IMG/VR virus record: IMGVR_UViG_3300037743_000407 | Location: 1-31,888 of that record | Source: a virus | Taxonomy: Duplodnaviria > Caudoviricetes | Length of the DNA: 31,888 nucleotides | Direction: 5' to 3' (one strand) | In this document: in pieces, positions 1 to 8,292 of the stretch | How the letters are laid out: every line of letters starts with the position of its first letter | How positions within the stretch are numbered: the stretch's first letter is position 1 | Notes under the pieces: generated by a model | The model's database searches: none | The model's input: only the letters and a program-made list of their open reading frames with translations | Told to the model about the DNA's origin: nothing | Made by a program: the position numbers and the translations under genes

Positions 1-2
1 CG

Positions 3-572
3 ATCCCGCTCGAGCAGGCCGCGCTGCCGGCCTTCACCCCGGTGCCGCAGTTGCCGATGCACGAGGGCGCGTCGATCGCCGAGCAATCGGCACCGCCGCC
101 CGAGCGCCCGAAGCGCTCGAACGCGGCGGCCGAGATCCCGGCCAGCGGGCGCACGCGCGCCACGCGGGCCACTGAACAGCCGGCGCAGGGCGCCGACGAA
201 AGCGAGCCGGCGGATACACCGGAAGCGAGCGTCGGTGAGGAGATTCCCCCTGCGCCGGCGTCGCCGTCCGAGCGACCGCCGATCGAGGTCATGGTCGAGC
301 TGGCGGTCGAGGCCAAGGGTGGCGGTGATACCGGCCGGCAGGCTGTTGACGCCATCCGCACCCAGCTGGGTTACGAGCGCTGGGAGGACGCGCCGGCCGA
401 GGTCATCGCGCAGCTGACCGCCAAGGCCCAGAAGGCGCTCATGGACCAGGCCGAGGCGATCGCCACGTCGGACCCGGAGTACCCGAACGACGGCGAGCCG
501 CCCGGCGATTCGGAGCCCACCCCCGCCACCAAGAAGCCGGCGCGGCGATCGCGCGCCAAGAAGGAGAGCTGA
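3..572 (+). CDS. 5'-truncated phage protein, low-complexity Pro/Ala/Glu C-terminal part (position suggests an ssDNA-annealing recombinase)
   Basis: Frame of ORF 42..572 is open back to the window edge; lies directly upstream of ssb. Function inferred from position only. Confidence 0.5.
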   Translation: MPLEQAALPAFTPVPQLPMHEGASIAEQSAPPPERPKRSNAAAEIPASGRTRATRATEQPAQGADESEPADTPEASVGEEIPPAPASPSERPPIEVMVELAVEAKGGGDTGRQAVDAIRTQLGYERWEDAPAEVIAQLTAKAQKALMDQAEAIATSDPEYPNDGEPPGDSEPTPATKKPARRSRAKKES

Positions 573-575
573 TCC

Positions 576-1049
576 GTGCTGAACCGATTCGAGGGCATCG
601 GGAACCTGGGAGCCGATCCACAACTCTCGTACACCCCGAACAACGTGGCCGTCTGCAACATGCGGGTCGCCGTCAACATCGGCACCAAGAACGCCCAGGG
701 CGAGTGGGAGAACGAGACCCTGTGGCTCGACGTGCCCACCTGGAACGAGGCGGCCGAGCGCAACGCGGAGCGGCTACGCAAGGGCCACCGGGTGTTCGTC
801 GAGGGCCAGCTGCGGCGACGCGACTACACGACGCGCGACGGCCGCGAGGGCACCGCCCTCGAGCTGCGCTTCGCCCGCGTGCTGAGCCTCGAGAAGCTCG
901 AGCGCGACGAGTCCGGCGCGCCGATCGACGAGCCGCCGATCGCCCAGGCGCGGCCGCGTGGTGCAGGCGACGCGGTGGCGGACGTGGCTGCGACGGCGGC
1001 TGATCCGGCTGCTGCTGTCGCCGCCGCCGTCGACGACATCAAGTTCTGA
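576..1049 (+). CDS. ssb: Single-stranded DNA-binding protein
   Basis: N-terminal IGNLGADPQL, W..V..W, LRKGHRVFVEGQL OB-fold motifs and acidic tail DDIKF. Confidence 0.95.
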   Translation: MLNRFEGIGNLGADPQLSYTPNNVAVCNMRVAVNIGTKNAQGEWENETLWLDVPTWNEAAERNAERLRKGHRVFVEGQLRRRDYTTRDGREGTALELRFARVLSLEKLERDESGAPIDEPPIAQARPRGAGDAVADVAATAADPAAAVAAAVDDIKF

Positions 1050-1057
1050 GGACCCCG

Positions 1058-1936
1058 ATGACCAGCCACCTCGACCTCGACACCTTGACCCTGCAGTCCG
1101 GCGGGCACAACTCGCCCGAAGCCGGCATGTGCGTCATGGAGGCCGTCGCCTACTTCGCGCACGAGCCGTTCAGCGATCACCCGAAGTGCGCCTCGCCGGT
1201 GCTGACCAACTTCCTGATGAGCTGGAACGACTCGCTCGGCGACGAACCACGACAGCGGCTCAAGCGCTTCATCCCGGCCCTGGTCGGCACGCGCACCACC
1301 CCGGAGGACGAGGAGACGCGAGCCTGGCTGGCCACTGACTGGCTGGTGCGCACCTTCACGCCGACCTGGCTGGATCGTGCCGGGTTGACCGACGACGCGG
1401 CCGCGCTGCGTGTCCTCGACGAGCTGACCAGCACGGAGCTGGCGGTTGCCGCGCGACCGATCATCGATGCGGCTCGGAAGAAGGCAACCGCCGCCGGGGC
1501 CGCCGCCAGGGCCGCCGCCAGGGACGCCGCCGGGGACGCCGCCTGGGCCGCCGCCTGGGCCGCCGCCTGGGCCGCCGCCTGGGCCGCCGCCAGGGACGCC
1601 GCCGGGGCCGCCGCCTGGGCCGCCGCCGGGGACGCCGCCGGGGACGCCGCCGGGGACGCCGCCAGGGCCGCCGCCGGGGCCGCCGCCAGGGCCGCCGCCG
1701 GGGCCGCCGCCAGGGCCGCCGCCTGGGACGCCGCCGGGGCCGCCGCCGGGGCCGCCGCCGGGGACGCCGCCGGAAAGCAGAAGGGCTACAGCGCACAGTA
1801 CGACGCGGCCTACAAGGCCGCCAAGCCGCTGATCGACGAGACGTTCGCGGAGACGGTCGCGACGCTGTCCGCATCGGCTGAGGAGCTCGTCGAGCGGATG
1901 ATCGCGGTCGGGCGGACGGCGGAGGTGGCGGTCTGA
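1058..1936 (+). CDS. Phage protein with AA(W/R/G)(A/D) tetrapeptide repeat region
   Basis: GAGG RBS upstream; globular N-terminus (GMCVMEAVAY..E.FSDHPKCASPVL...WND) followed by 23 tetrapeptide repeats. Confidence 0.8.
   Translation: MTSHLDLDTLTLQSGGHNSPEAGMCVMEAVAYFAHEPFSDHPKCASPVLTNFLMSWNDSLGDEPRQRLKRFIPALVGTRTTPEDEETRAWLATDWLVRTFTPTWLDRAGLTDDAAALRVLDELTSTELAVAARPIIDAARKKATAAGAAARAAARDAAGDAAWAAAWAAAWAAAWAAARDAAGAAAWAAAGDAAGDAAGDAARAAAGAAARAAAGAAARAAAWDAAGAAAGAAAGDAAGKQKGYSAQYDAAYKAAKPLIDETFAETVATLSASAEELVERMIAVGRTAEVAV
1490..1774 (+). repeat. Tandem 12-bp repeat GCCGCC(T/A/G)GGG(C/A)C, 23 full copies plus a partial copy
   Basis: Counted directly in the sequence. Confidence 0.95.
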
Positions 1937-2496
1937 TGGCCAGCACCGCCACGGCGCTCGACGACGAGCGCGCCGACTACGTCGAGTCGCCGGACATGAA
2001 GAAGATCGCGGTCGCCCTCGTGCGCCGTCATCCCACCATCCGGGCCGTGGTCGAGGACCTGCGCGTCGGCTACCGCCTTCGCCTGGGCGAGCCGTCCGGC
2101 GAGGGCGAGGAGGCCATCGCCAAGTGCCACAAGGCGCCGCCGCTGTGGCGCGACGAGTCGGGGCTCGACGTCGTGATCTGGGCCTGGCAGTACTGGTGGG
2201 AGGTGTTCGACGAGCGCCAGCGCGAGGCCCTGGTCGTGCACGAGCTATGCCATATCGACCGCACCGAGAAGGGCGGCGTGAAGCTCCGAAAGCACGACGT
2301 CGAGGAGTTCACCCTGGTCGTCCACGAGTACGGCGTGTGGGACGGGTTCAGCCGGCTGCGCGACTTCGGGCGCGCGCTGGCGCGGCACGCCGACGCCGAC
2401 CCCCGCAAGGTCACCCGCCTGCCGGCCGGGCGCGAGCGACGGCGGCCGGGCTCGCGACAGCCGCAGGGCGATGAGCCGCCGGTGGTGCACCCGTGA
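1936..2496 (+). CDS. Putative phage metallopeptidase
   Basis: HELCH (HExxH) motif followed by KHDVEEF..VV..YG, typical of the phage metallopeptidase family; TGATG coupling. Confidence 0.85.
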   Translation: MASTATALDDERADYVESPDMKKIAVALVRRHPTIRAVVEDLRVGYRLRLGEPSGEGEEAIAKCHKAPPLWRDESGLDVVIWAWQYWWEVFDERQREALVVHELCHIDRTEKGGVKLRKHDVEEFTLVVHEYGVWDGFSRLRDFGRALARHADADPRKVTRLPAGRERRRPGSRQPQGDEPPVVHP

Positions 2497-2771
2497 TGCA
2501 GCAAGATCGCGCTGTCGTCGAGCTTGCGCTCGGTCTGATCGAGACGCACGGCTTCACCCGCGGCGGCATGAAGCCCGAGACCGGTCTCGGCGTGGCTGCA
2601 GCGTTGTCGCTGGTAGCAACCGATGAGCTGTCGGCAATCCGGGCCGCGGCGCTGATCCGCGAGGCCAACGGCATCGACCACCTGGTGGACTGGGAGCTCG
2701 AGTCGGGGCGCACGCAGGCCGAGGTCGTGGACGCGCTCGAGCGCGCCGCTGGCCTGAGGTTCACGCCATGA
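2493..2771 (+). CDS. Hypothetical protein (DUF6197-like C-terminus)
   Basis: C-terminal W....GRTQAEVVDALERAA motif; coupled at both ends. Confidence 0.6.
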   Translation: MMQQDRAVVELALGLIETHGFTRGGMKPETGLGVAAALSLVATDELSAIRAAALIREANGIDHLVDWELESGRTQAEVVDALERAAGLRFTP

Positions 2772-2881
2772 CCTGGCCGACGCTGCTGCTGCTGATCAGC
2801 GGCTTCGTGATGATGCTGGCCGGGATCACCATCCTGCTGCGCGCCGCCGGCATCGACGATGACTGGGACCCGTTCCGATGA
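2768..2881 (+). CDS. Small single-pass membrane protein (37 aa)
   Basis: Hand-translated MTWPTLLLLISGFVMMLAGITILLRAAGIDDDWDPFR; ATGA overlaps at both ends. Confidence 0.7.
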   Translation: MTWPTLLLLISGFVMMLAGITILLRAAGIDDDWDPFR

Positions 2882-3219
2882 CCCGCTGCGCGGCGGCCTG
2901 CGGCCGCGACCTGCCCGACGAGGAGCTGATCGAGACCGGCGGCGTGCTGGTGTGCGGGCCGTGTCACGAGTCGATCGCCAAACAGGCCGAGCGTCGCGAC
3001 TCGATCGACGACGCCTGGCGGGCGGTGGAGATCGCCCGCGGTTACCGGGTCGTCGATCTCCACGAGCTTTCACCGACCGACGAGATGCCGCAGACGCTAT
3101 GGTTCGCGGCTGCCCGCCGCGGCGACGAGCCGAAGCCGTGCGTGCTGGGCTCGACGCCGGTCGAGGCCCTGCGCCGCCTGGCGGCCAAGCTCGCCGACGA
3201 GCGGTCGGGGGTGACCTGA
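2878..3219 (+). CDS. Hypothetical protein with N-terminal Cys4 zinc finger
   Basis: CAAAC...CGPC; ATGA coupling. Confidence 0.7.
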   Translation: MTRCAAACGRDLPDEELIETGGVLVCGPCHESIAKQAERRDSIDDAWRAVEIARGYRVVDLHELSPTDEMPQTLWFAAARRGDEPKPCVLGSTPVEALRRLAAKLADERSGVT

Positions 3220-3222
3220 CCG

Positions 3223-3519
3223 ATGACCATCGCGGAGGGCACACCGCACGATGGGCTCCGGGTCGGGGCCGACACCCGCCGTCGGGCGGCCGCCTCCGGC
3301 CGGCCGGTCAGCTACCAGGTCCTCGTCGAGCTCGGATGGTTCTGGGCGGCCGCCAGCGGCCAGACCCCGCACCTGGTGCCGCCCTACGGCGACGCCGCGC
3401 ACTGTGGCCGGCCGCTGAGCCGCGCCGACCGTCATCCCGTCACCCAGGGCATCGCCGAGCACGCCTGCGCGGTGTGCTGGAAGCGTGCCCTGGGTAACAC
3501 GCCGAGGAGGAGTCGATGA
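3223..3519 (+). CDS. Hypothetical protein, possible zinc binding
   Basis: H...HCG...CAVC; fills the gap between neighbours. Confidence 0.55.
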   Translation: MTIAEGTPHDGLRVGADTRRRAAASGRPVSYQVLVELGWFWAAASGQTPHLVPPYGDAAHCGRPLSRADRHPVTQGIAEHACAVCWKRALGNTPRRSR

Positions 3520-3728
3520 GCGTCGTCGATCCCCGCGTCCGGCTGACCTGCGACGTGCAGGAGCGCGGCGCGCACCACTCCACCTACTGCGGCGCCTCGG
3601 CTGCGGTGGAGCTGTCCACGTTGGTCGAGTGCGAGTCCGAACCCAGCGGAGCGCATGCGGTGACCTTCGCCATCTGTCCCCGCCACCTGGCCGCCATGCA
3701 GGCTGGCCAGCACCAGGAGGTCGCATGA
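3516..3728 (+). CDS. Hypothetical Cys/His-rich protein
   Basis: GAGGAG RBS; ATGA overlaps; C..C..C..CPRH. Confidence 0.65.
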   Translation: MSVVDPRVRLTCDVQERGAHHSTYCGASAAVELSTLVECESEPSGAHAVTFAICPRHLAAMQAGQHQEVA

Positions 3729-4151
3729 CCACCACCACCGGACCCCCCCGGTCCGCTACGTCTGCTCGAAGTGCGGCGGCCCTACGTCTGCTCGAAGTGC
3801 GGCGGCCCGAACGTCCACCTCGACGAGTCGCGGACCACCATCGATCCACGCTACCCGATCGGCCACTGCGATCGCTGCACGCCGGAGCCGAAGCCGCGCA
3901 TCAAGAAGGGCACCGGGCCGGGCACTACCCGCGAGGCGGTGTGGGTCACCTCGGCACGGCGGACCGTCCCGCTGCTGCGCGCCGACCTCGACGACCCGGC
4001 CGACCGCGAGCACCGCGCCAAGCTGGCCAGGATGCGCGAGCTGGCGGCCCGGCTGCACCCCACCACGGCGGCCCAGCGACGGAAGCGCTACAGCGAGGCC
4101 GAGCTCAAGGAGGCCAGCGCTGCCGTGGCCTGGCTGCGGAGGGCTGAGTGA
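3725..4151 (+). pseudogene. Zn-ribbon protein gene with disrupted 5' end (C7 tract plus 26-bp tandem duplication), or an assembly error
   Basis: AGGAGG RBS and ATGA start at 3725 are out of frame with the YVCSKCGG...HCDRC body (ORF 3771..4151). Confidence 0.55.
3756..3807 (+). repeat. Perfect 26-bp tandem duplication CTACGTCTGCTCGAAGTGCGGCGGCC x2
   Basis: Copies at 3756-3781 and 3782-3807. Confidence 0.95.
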
Positions 4152-4378
4152 TGGCCCGCCAGAGCCGTGTACACGACCCCAGGAGCTGCGAGCGCTGTCA
4201 TCAGGGCCTTCCACTTGACTCGGCACCCAACCGCCGATTCTGCCCGTCCTGCGCGGACGCGCGGCGGGCGCTGACCTACGCGCGCAAGGCCCACGACTTC
4301 GCCATCGACGCCGGGCTCGACTCGATCGCCGGGCGGCTGGGCGTCATCGTCGGCGAGCTGGAAGGGCCGGCGTCATGA
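4148..4378 (+). CDS. Hypothetical Cys4 zinc-finger protein
   Basis: CERC...FCPSC; coupled at both ends. Confidence 0.65.
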   Translation: MMARQSRVHDPRSCERCHQGLPLDSAPNRRFCPSCADARRALTYARKAHDFAIDAGLDSIAGRLGVIVGELEGPAS

Positions 4379-5061
4379 GCGGCATGCGCTCGCACCTGTT
4401 CGGCTGTGCGTGCAAGAGACACGCCGCCCGGGCATGGAACCGCCCCGAGCACTGGACGACCGCCGAGGTCGGGTATCTCGAAGCACGGTTCGGCCACACG
4501 TCGGTCGCGGCCATCGCCGGGCACCTCGGTCGTACCGAGGTCGGCGTACGGATCAAGGCCAAGCGGCTCGGTCTGCGCATGAAGGACGCGGGCTACACCG
4601 GCTCCGAGATCGCGCGGCTGATGGGCGTCGATATCACCACGGTGACCAAGTCTTGGATCCGCCGCGCTGGCCTGCGGTCACGGCGTCCCTATCGCCAGGG
4701 ACCGAACCGGGTGCACCTGGTATCGCAGCGCCACATCGAGGTCTTCATTCGCACCCGCGGCTGGTGGATCGACTGGGAGAAGGTGCCGGCCGACTCGCCG
4801 TTTCATGCGCTGGTGCAGCGGCACCGCTGGTACGGCAAGGCGCAGCTGCACCGCTTGACCGGGCGGCTGACCGTCGACGACGACATCCGCGCCGGCTTGA
4901 TTCGTGCCAGGAAGCGCGGGGCGCACTGGTACGTGCCCGAGTCGGAGATCCCGAAGATCCGGCGCCTGCCGGCCGAGCACATCGCCGAGAGCGTCTGGCG
5001 GCGCGAGCAGGTCCTGCGGGTGCGTCGCGAGCGCCGGCGCCGGCTGGCGGTGGCGTCATGA
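4375..5061 (+). CDS. DNA-binding protein with Myb-like and HTH domains
   Basis: WTTAEVGYL...IAGHLGRTEVGVRIKAKRLGL, then YTGSEIARLMGVDITTVTKSWI, and an excisionase-like C-terminus (IRAGLIRARKRGAHWYV). Confidence 0.75.
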   Translation: MSGMRSHLFGCACKRHAARAWNRPEHWTTAEVGYLEARFGHTSVAAIAGHLGRTEVGVRIKAKRLGLRMKDAGYTGSEIARLMGVDITTVTKSWIRRAGLRSRRPYRQGPNRVHLVSQRHIEVFIRTRGWWIDWEKVPADSPFHALVQRHRWYGKAQLHRLTGRLTVDDDIRAGLIRARKRGAHWYVPESEIPKIRRLPAEHIAESVWRREQVLRVRRERRRRLAVAS

Positions 5062-5336
5062 GGATCGGCACCGTGTGGACCACCATCCGCGCCCGACTGC
5101 CGTGGCGTCATCGTGAAGAGCGCGTGGTCGGCGTCGGCGAGGTGGCCTGGCTGATGCGCGGCGAGACGTGGCGGGCGGTGACCCGCGAGGAGCGGCCCGA
5201 CCTGTTCTTCGAGCCCGAGGTATGTCGCGGCTGTGGCTGCACTGACGAGCGCGCCTGCCCGGGCGGCTGCTTCTGGGTCGGCCGCGGGCTGTGCTCGCGG
5301 TGTGTGGCGGGTTCGGAGGGACCGATTGATGCCTGA
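5058..5336 (+). CDS. Cys-rich phage protein
   Basis: CRGCGCTDERACPGGCFWVGRGLCSRC motif; ATGA start. Confidence 0.75.
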   Translation: MRIGTVWTTIRARLPWRHREERVVGVGEVAWLMRGETWRAVTREERPDLFFEPEVCRGCGCTDERACPGGCFWVGRGLCSRCVAGSEGPIDA

Positions 5337-5676
5337 CCGCCCACCCGCAGCCGGGGAGCCGAGCACCGAGGCTGGACGGATCATGCGTGCAGACCTGCTT
5401 ATCCGGTGGTCGCGGGACGCCCGATGGGTGACTCAGCAAATTCTCGCCATTGAGGCCGAAGCCCGAAGCGGGGCGTTCCAGAAAGGCGAGGCTGCAATCG
5501 GGGCGATGCTGGAGGCCCGCTCCGTCAGAGCCGAACCACTGGACGTGGAGCGACTCGGCGCTGCAATGGAAGAGGCTTGCGACGCCCTCAGCGTGACCAG
5601 CCTTTGTCCAGCAGATGCGCCGATCCTGTTCGCCCGCCTCTCCGAGTCCCCCGAACCCAGCGGGGAGCGTCCATGA
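5329..5676 (+). CDS. Hypothetical protein (visibly lower GC)
   Basis: GGAGG RBS; ATG at 5329; overlaps both neighbours. Confidence 0.6.
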   Translation: MPDRPPAAGEPSTEAGRIMRADLLIRWSRDARWVTQQILAIEAEARSGAFQKGEAAIGAMLEARSVRAEPLDVERLGAAMEEACDALSVTSLCPADAPILFARLSESPEPSGERP

Positions 5677-5864
5677 GCCCCGCCACGATCGACGCCGTGC
5701 GCCGCGTCGGGCGCCTGCTGGACGACGAGGCCGAGCTGCGCGTCGAGGCCCGCCGGCTCGAGCTCGACCCGGCCCGCACCGCCAAGGCGGCCCGCCTGTT
5801 CCGCCTGGCCAGCGAGCTGCGCGCCGAGCGGCTCGGGCTGCTGGACCGATGGCTGACGCGCTGA
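5673..5864 (+). CDS. Hypothetical helical protein (63 aa)
   Basis: GGAG RBS; ATGA start; MSPATIDAVRR... Confidence 0.6.
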   Translation: MSPATIDAVRRVGRLLDDEAELRVEARRLELDPARTAKAARLFRLASELRAERLGLLDRWLTR

Positions 5865-5867
5865 GCG

Positions 5868-7112
5868 ATGCGATCCCAGCCGCTGCCGTCGGACGCTGCC
5901 CCGGACGCGATCGATGCGGCCTGGGACGCGCCGGAAACTGTACCGACGTCGGAACAGTTACCGGAGCTGGAGCCAGCGCCGATCAACGGCGCGCCGCTGC
6001 CGCGCTTCCCGAGCCCGGAGCCGGACCCTGCCGACCTGGCCGACTGGTCGACCGGCGCCGAGGCCCTCAACCGGTTGCCGCTGCGCACGCGCCTGCAGCT
6101 GACCGAGGCGCTGAGCGACAGCCGCTCGGCGTGGCGCGAGGAGCTGTCGAAGGCCGAGAGCCACGTCGATCGCCTGCGCTACGACACCGAGGCCATGCTG
6201 GCCTCGGAGATCGGGACGCGGCTCGGGTCGCGGACGCTGGCCGAGATGAGCATGGAGCCGCCGCCGCCGATGCCGCTCGGACGCCTGGATCCCCTCGGGC
6301 ACACCGTGCTGTTCGGCACCGGCGGGGTCGGCAAGGGCCTGCTGGCGGCGTGGTGGACGCTGCAGCTGAGCCGGCTCGGCGAGCGGGTGCTGATCATCGA
6401 CTACGAGAACCATCCCGACGAGTGGGCGCGGCGGGTATACGCCATGGGCGGCGCGCACCTGCTGGGCGACGTGCTGCACGTGGCGCCGCTGACGGCGGCC
6501 TGGGGCGGCAAACGCGGGGCGATCTGGGAGCAGGCCGACGACCTGCGGCGGCTGGCGGTCGAGTGGCGGGCGACCAAGCTGGTCATCGACTCGATCGTGC
6601 CGGCCTGCTCGGGGTCCGACCCGCTGAAGCCGGAGTCGGTGAGCCTGTATGCCGGGGCGCTCGAGCTCATCGGCCTGCCGGCGCTCAGCCTCGGCCATGT
6701 CACCAAGGCCGACGACCTGCGCTACCCGTTCGGCTCGGTGTTCTGGCACAACCTGAGTCGCGTCACGTGGAGCGCCAAGCGCAGCGGCGAGCGGATCCTG
6801 CTCACCCACCGCAAGCACAACAACTACGAACGCCAGGCGGCGCTGCTGGTCGAGGTCTCGTGGCTGGACGGGCTGCCGGTCGACGTGGCCGAGCGGCCGG
6901 CCGGCGAGGAGCTGGCGCAGCGCGTCTCGGTCGCCCTGCGCTCCGGGCCGCTAACGGTGCGCCAGATCTGCGAGCGGCTGGACGAGGATCTCGACGACGA
7001 GGATGCCGAGCCGACCAAGCCGGACAGTGTCAGCCGTGCCCTGCGACGCGGCCAGAAGGACCACCCGCCGCGCTTCGTGAAGGTTGGGTCGGATCGATGG
7101 GGAAACGGCTGA
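5868..7112 (+). CDS. RecA-like/AAA_25 ATPase, probable replicative helicase (RepA type)
   Basis: Walker A GTGGVGKG, VLIIDYE, Walker B LVIDS, LGHVTK, PFGSVFW; C-terminal HTH-like segment. Confidence 0.8.
   Translation: MRSQPLPSDAAPDAIDAAWDAPETVPTSEQLPELEPAPINGAPLPRFPSPEPDPADLADWSTGAEALNRLPLRTRLQLTEALSDSRSAWREELSKAESHVDRLRYDTEAMLASEIGTRLGSRTLAEMSMEPPPPMPLGRLDPLGHTVLFGTGGVGKGLLAAWWTLQLSRLGERVLIIDYENHPDEWARRVYAMGGAHLLGDVLHVAPLTAAWGGKRGAIWEQADDLRRLAVEWRATKLVIDSIVPACSGSDPLKPESVSLYAGALELIGLPALSLGHVTKADDLRYPFGSVFWHNLSRVTWSAKRSGERILLTHRKHNNYERQAALLVEVSWLDGLPVDVAERPAGEELAQRVSVALRSGPLTVRQICERLDEDLDDEDAEPTKPDSVSRALRRGQKDHPPRFVKVGSDRWGNG
5936..5959. promoter_or_regulatory. parS-like palindrome, copy 1 (AACTGTACCGACGTCGGAACAGTT)
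   Basis: 24-bp near-perfect palindrome; its reverse complement matches 12208-12231 at 23/24. Confidence 0.6.
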
Positions 7113-7318
7113 TGCTGTCCGGATTCCTGTCCGACCACGCTCATGACCGATTCGGCGTGCTGTCCGACCTGCTGTCCGACTTCGGCCCGTTTCACGCTCA
7201 AATCCTGTCCGACCAAATCGCTCGGACGGTCGGACAAGCGGAGACGACCGGTCGGACAGCCGGGCGCGCCTTTAGGCGCCTGCCCGCGTCCGCGCGCGCG
7301 CGTGAGGCTCGATCATGA
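7112..7318 (+). CDS. Possible 68-aa ORF running through the iteron cluster
   Basis: TGATG overlap at the start and ATGA overlap at the end; repeats read as LSD. Confidence 0.4.
   Translation: MLSGFLSDHAHDRFGVLSDLLSDFGPFHAQILSDQIARTVGQAETTGRTAGRAFRRLPASARAREARS
7115..7259. repeat. Iteron-like cluster, putative replication origin
   Basis: CTGTCCGAC at 7127, 7160, 7172 and 7205 (variant at 7115); inverted GTCGGACA at 7229 and 7251; directly after the helicase gene. Confidence 0.6.
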
Positions 7319-7500
7319 CGGCCGCAACACGCCGACCCTCGAAGCGCGCCACCCATGAGACCCGCGTGACCATGACCCGCGACCAGCTGCGCGCCGCGGT
7401 GGCCGCGGTGTTCTACCCCGCCATGCCGGCCTGGGACGAGGCCGGGCAGGTGCGCATCGACCGTGCCACCCAGCGGCTGATCGAGGCGGTGCGTCGATGA
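7315..7500 (+). CDS. Hypothetical protein
   Basis: GAGG RBS; ATGA coupling to the next gene. Confidence 0.6.
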   Translation: MTAATRRPSKRATHETRVTMTRDQLRAAVAAVFYPAMPAWDEAGQVRIDRATQRLIEAVRR

Positions 7501-7739
7501 GCGCGCTCGATCGCTTCCCCGGCGCGCCGAAGGGCGCCTACGTCTGTGAGGAGGGCTGGCTGATCGTCGGTGACGAGGCGTGGACCGAGGCCGAGTGGTC
7601 GACGCGTCACGGGCGGAGCACCGTCTCGTTCGGTCAGTCGAAGTACCTCAATCGTTACACCACCCAGACCGAGCGCCGTCTGGCACGGCTGCGCACCCGT
7701 CGTGAGTCCGCCCGTCGTCGTCGAGCAATGGCGTCGTGA
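7497..7739 (+). CDS. Hypothetical protein with basic C-terminus
   Basis: Coupled at both ends. Confidence 0.6.
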   Translation: MSALDRFPGAPKGAYVCEEGWLIVGDEAWTEAEWSTRHGRSTVSFGQSKYLNRYTTQTERRLARLRTRRESARRRRAMAS

Positions 7740-7972
7740 CCCCGGCCCCACGTCGCTGCGTGGTGTGCCGCGCCGTCGTCGCCGACCACACGCTAACTCT
7801 GCTCGCGCTGCGCGGCTACCTCGTCCACGGCTTCGATCCCGGCGAGCGACGCAGCGGTGAGCGGCGGTCGGCGACCTGGGGGAGGGCCCCCGGTGGCGGG
7901 GCCGCCGAGACCGGCGGGGTTAGCGCCTCGCAGCCTGTACAGGTTCCAGCTAACGGCGGGTTGCCGCGATGA
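7736..7972 (+). CDS. Hypothetical protein
   Basis: GTGA/ATGA overlaps; CVVC..H and ERRSGERR motifs. Confidence 0.5.
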   Translation: MTPAPRRCVVCRAVVADHTLTLLALRGYLVHGFDPGERRSGERRSATWGRAPGGGAAETGGVSASQPVQVPANGGLPR

Positions 7973-8292
7973 GCGCCACACCGCTGTCCGAGGTCACCCG
8001 CTACCTTGACCTGCCGCGCTGGCACGACCGGCGCGGGCACCCGTCGCTCGACACCGACGAGATCCTCGAACTGCGCCGCGCCGCCGCACCGATCCTGGCC
8101 ATGCCGTTTCACGGTGGCGATCGGGCGCTGCTGCTGCAGCAGCTCGCCGAGCGGTTCGGGATCAGCGTGCGCACGGTCTACCGCTATCTCGTCGGCGACG
8201 TCGTCGTGGTCGAGGTCGCCGGCTGGGTGGCGCTGTATCGGGTTCACGGGGGGGGTCCGCGACAGATGACCGCGTGGAGTAGGCGCCGATGA
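7969..8292 (+). CDS. HTH DNA-binding protein
   Basis: QQLAERFGISVRTVYRYL helix-turn-helix. Confidence 0.75.
   Translation: MSATPLSEVTRYLDLPRWHDRRGHPSLDTDEILELRRAAAPILAMPFHGGDRALLLQQLAERFGISVRTVYRYLVGDVVVVEVAGWVALYRVHGGGPRQMTAWSRRR

Noticed and set aside
1490-1774. CRISPR array or DGR variable region
   Set aside because: No spacers, the repeat is in-frame coding, and no cas gene, reverse transcriptase or separate template repeat is in the window.
1446-1952. Collagen-like PPG ORF and Arg-Pro ORF
   Set aside because: Alternative frames of the 12-bp repeat.
5615-7318. 567-aa plus-strand ORF overlapping the helicase
   Set aside because: Arg/Gly/Ala-rich off-frame read; only the last 68 codons are plausibly coding.
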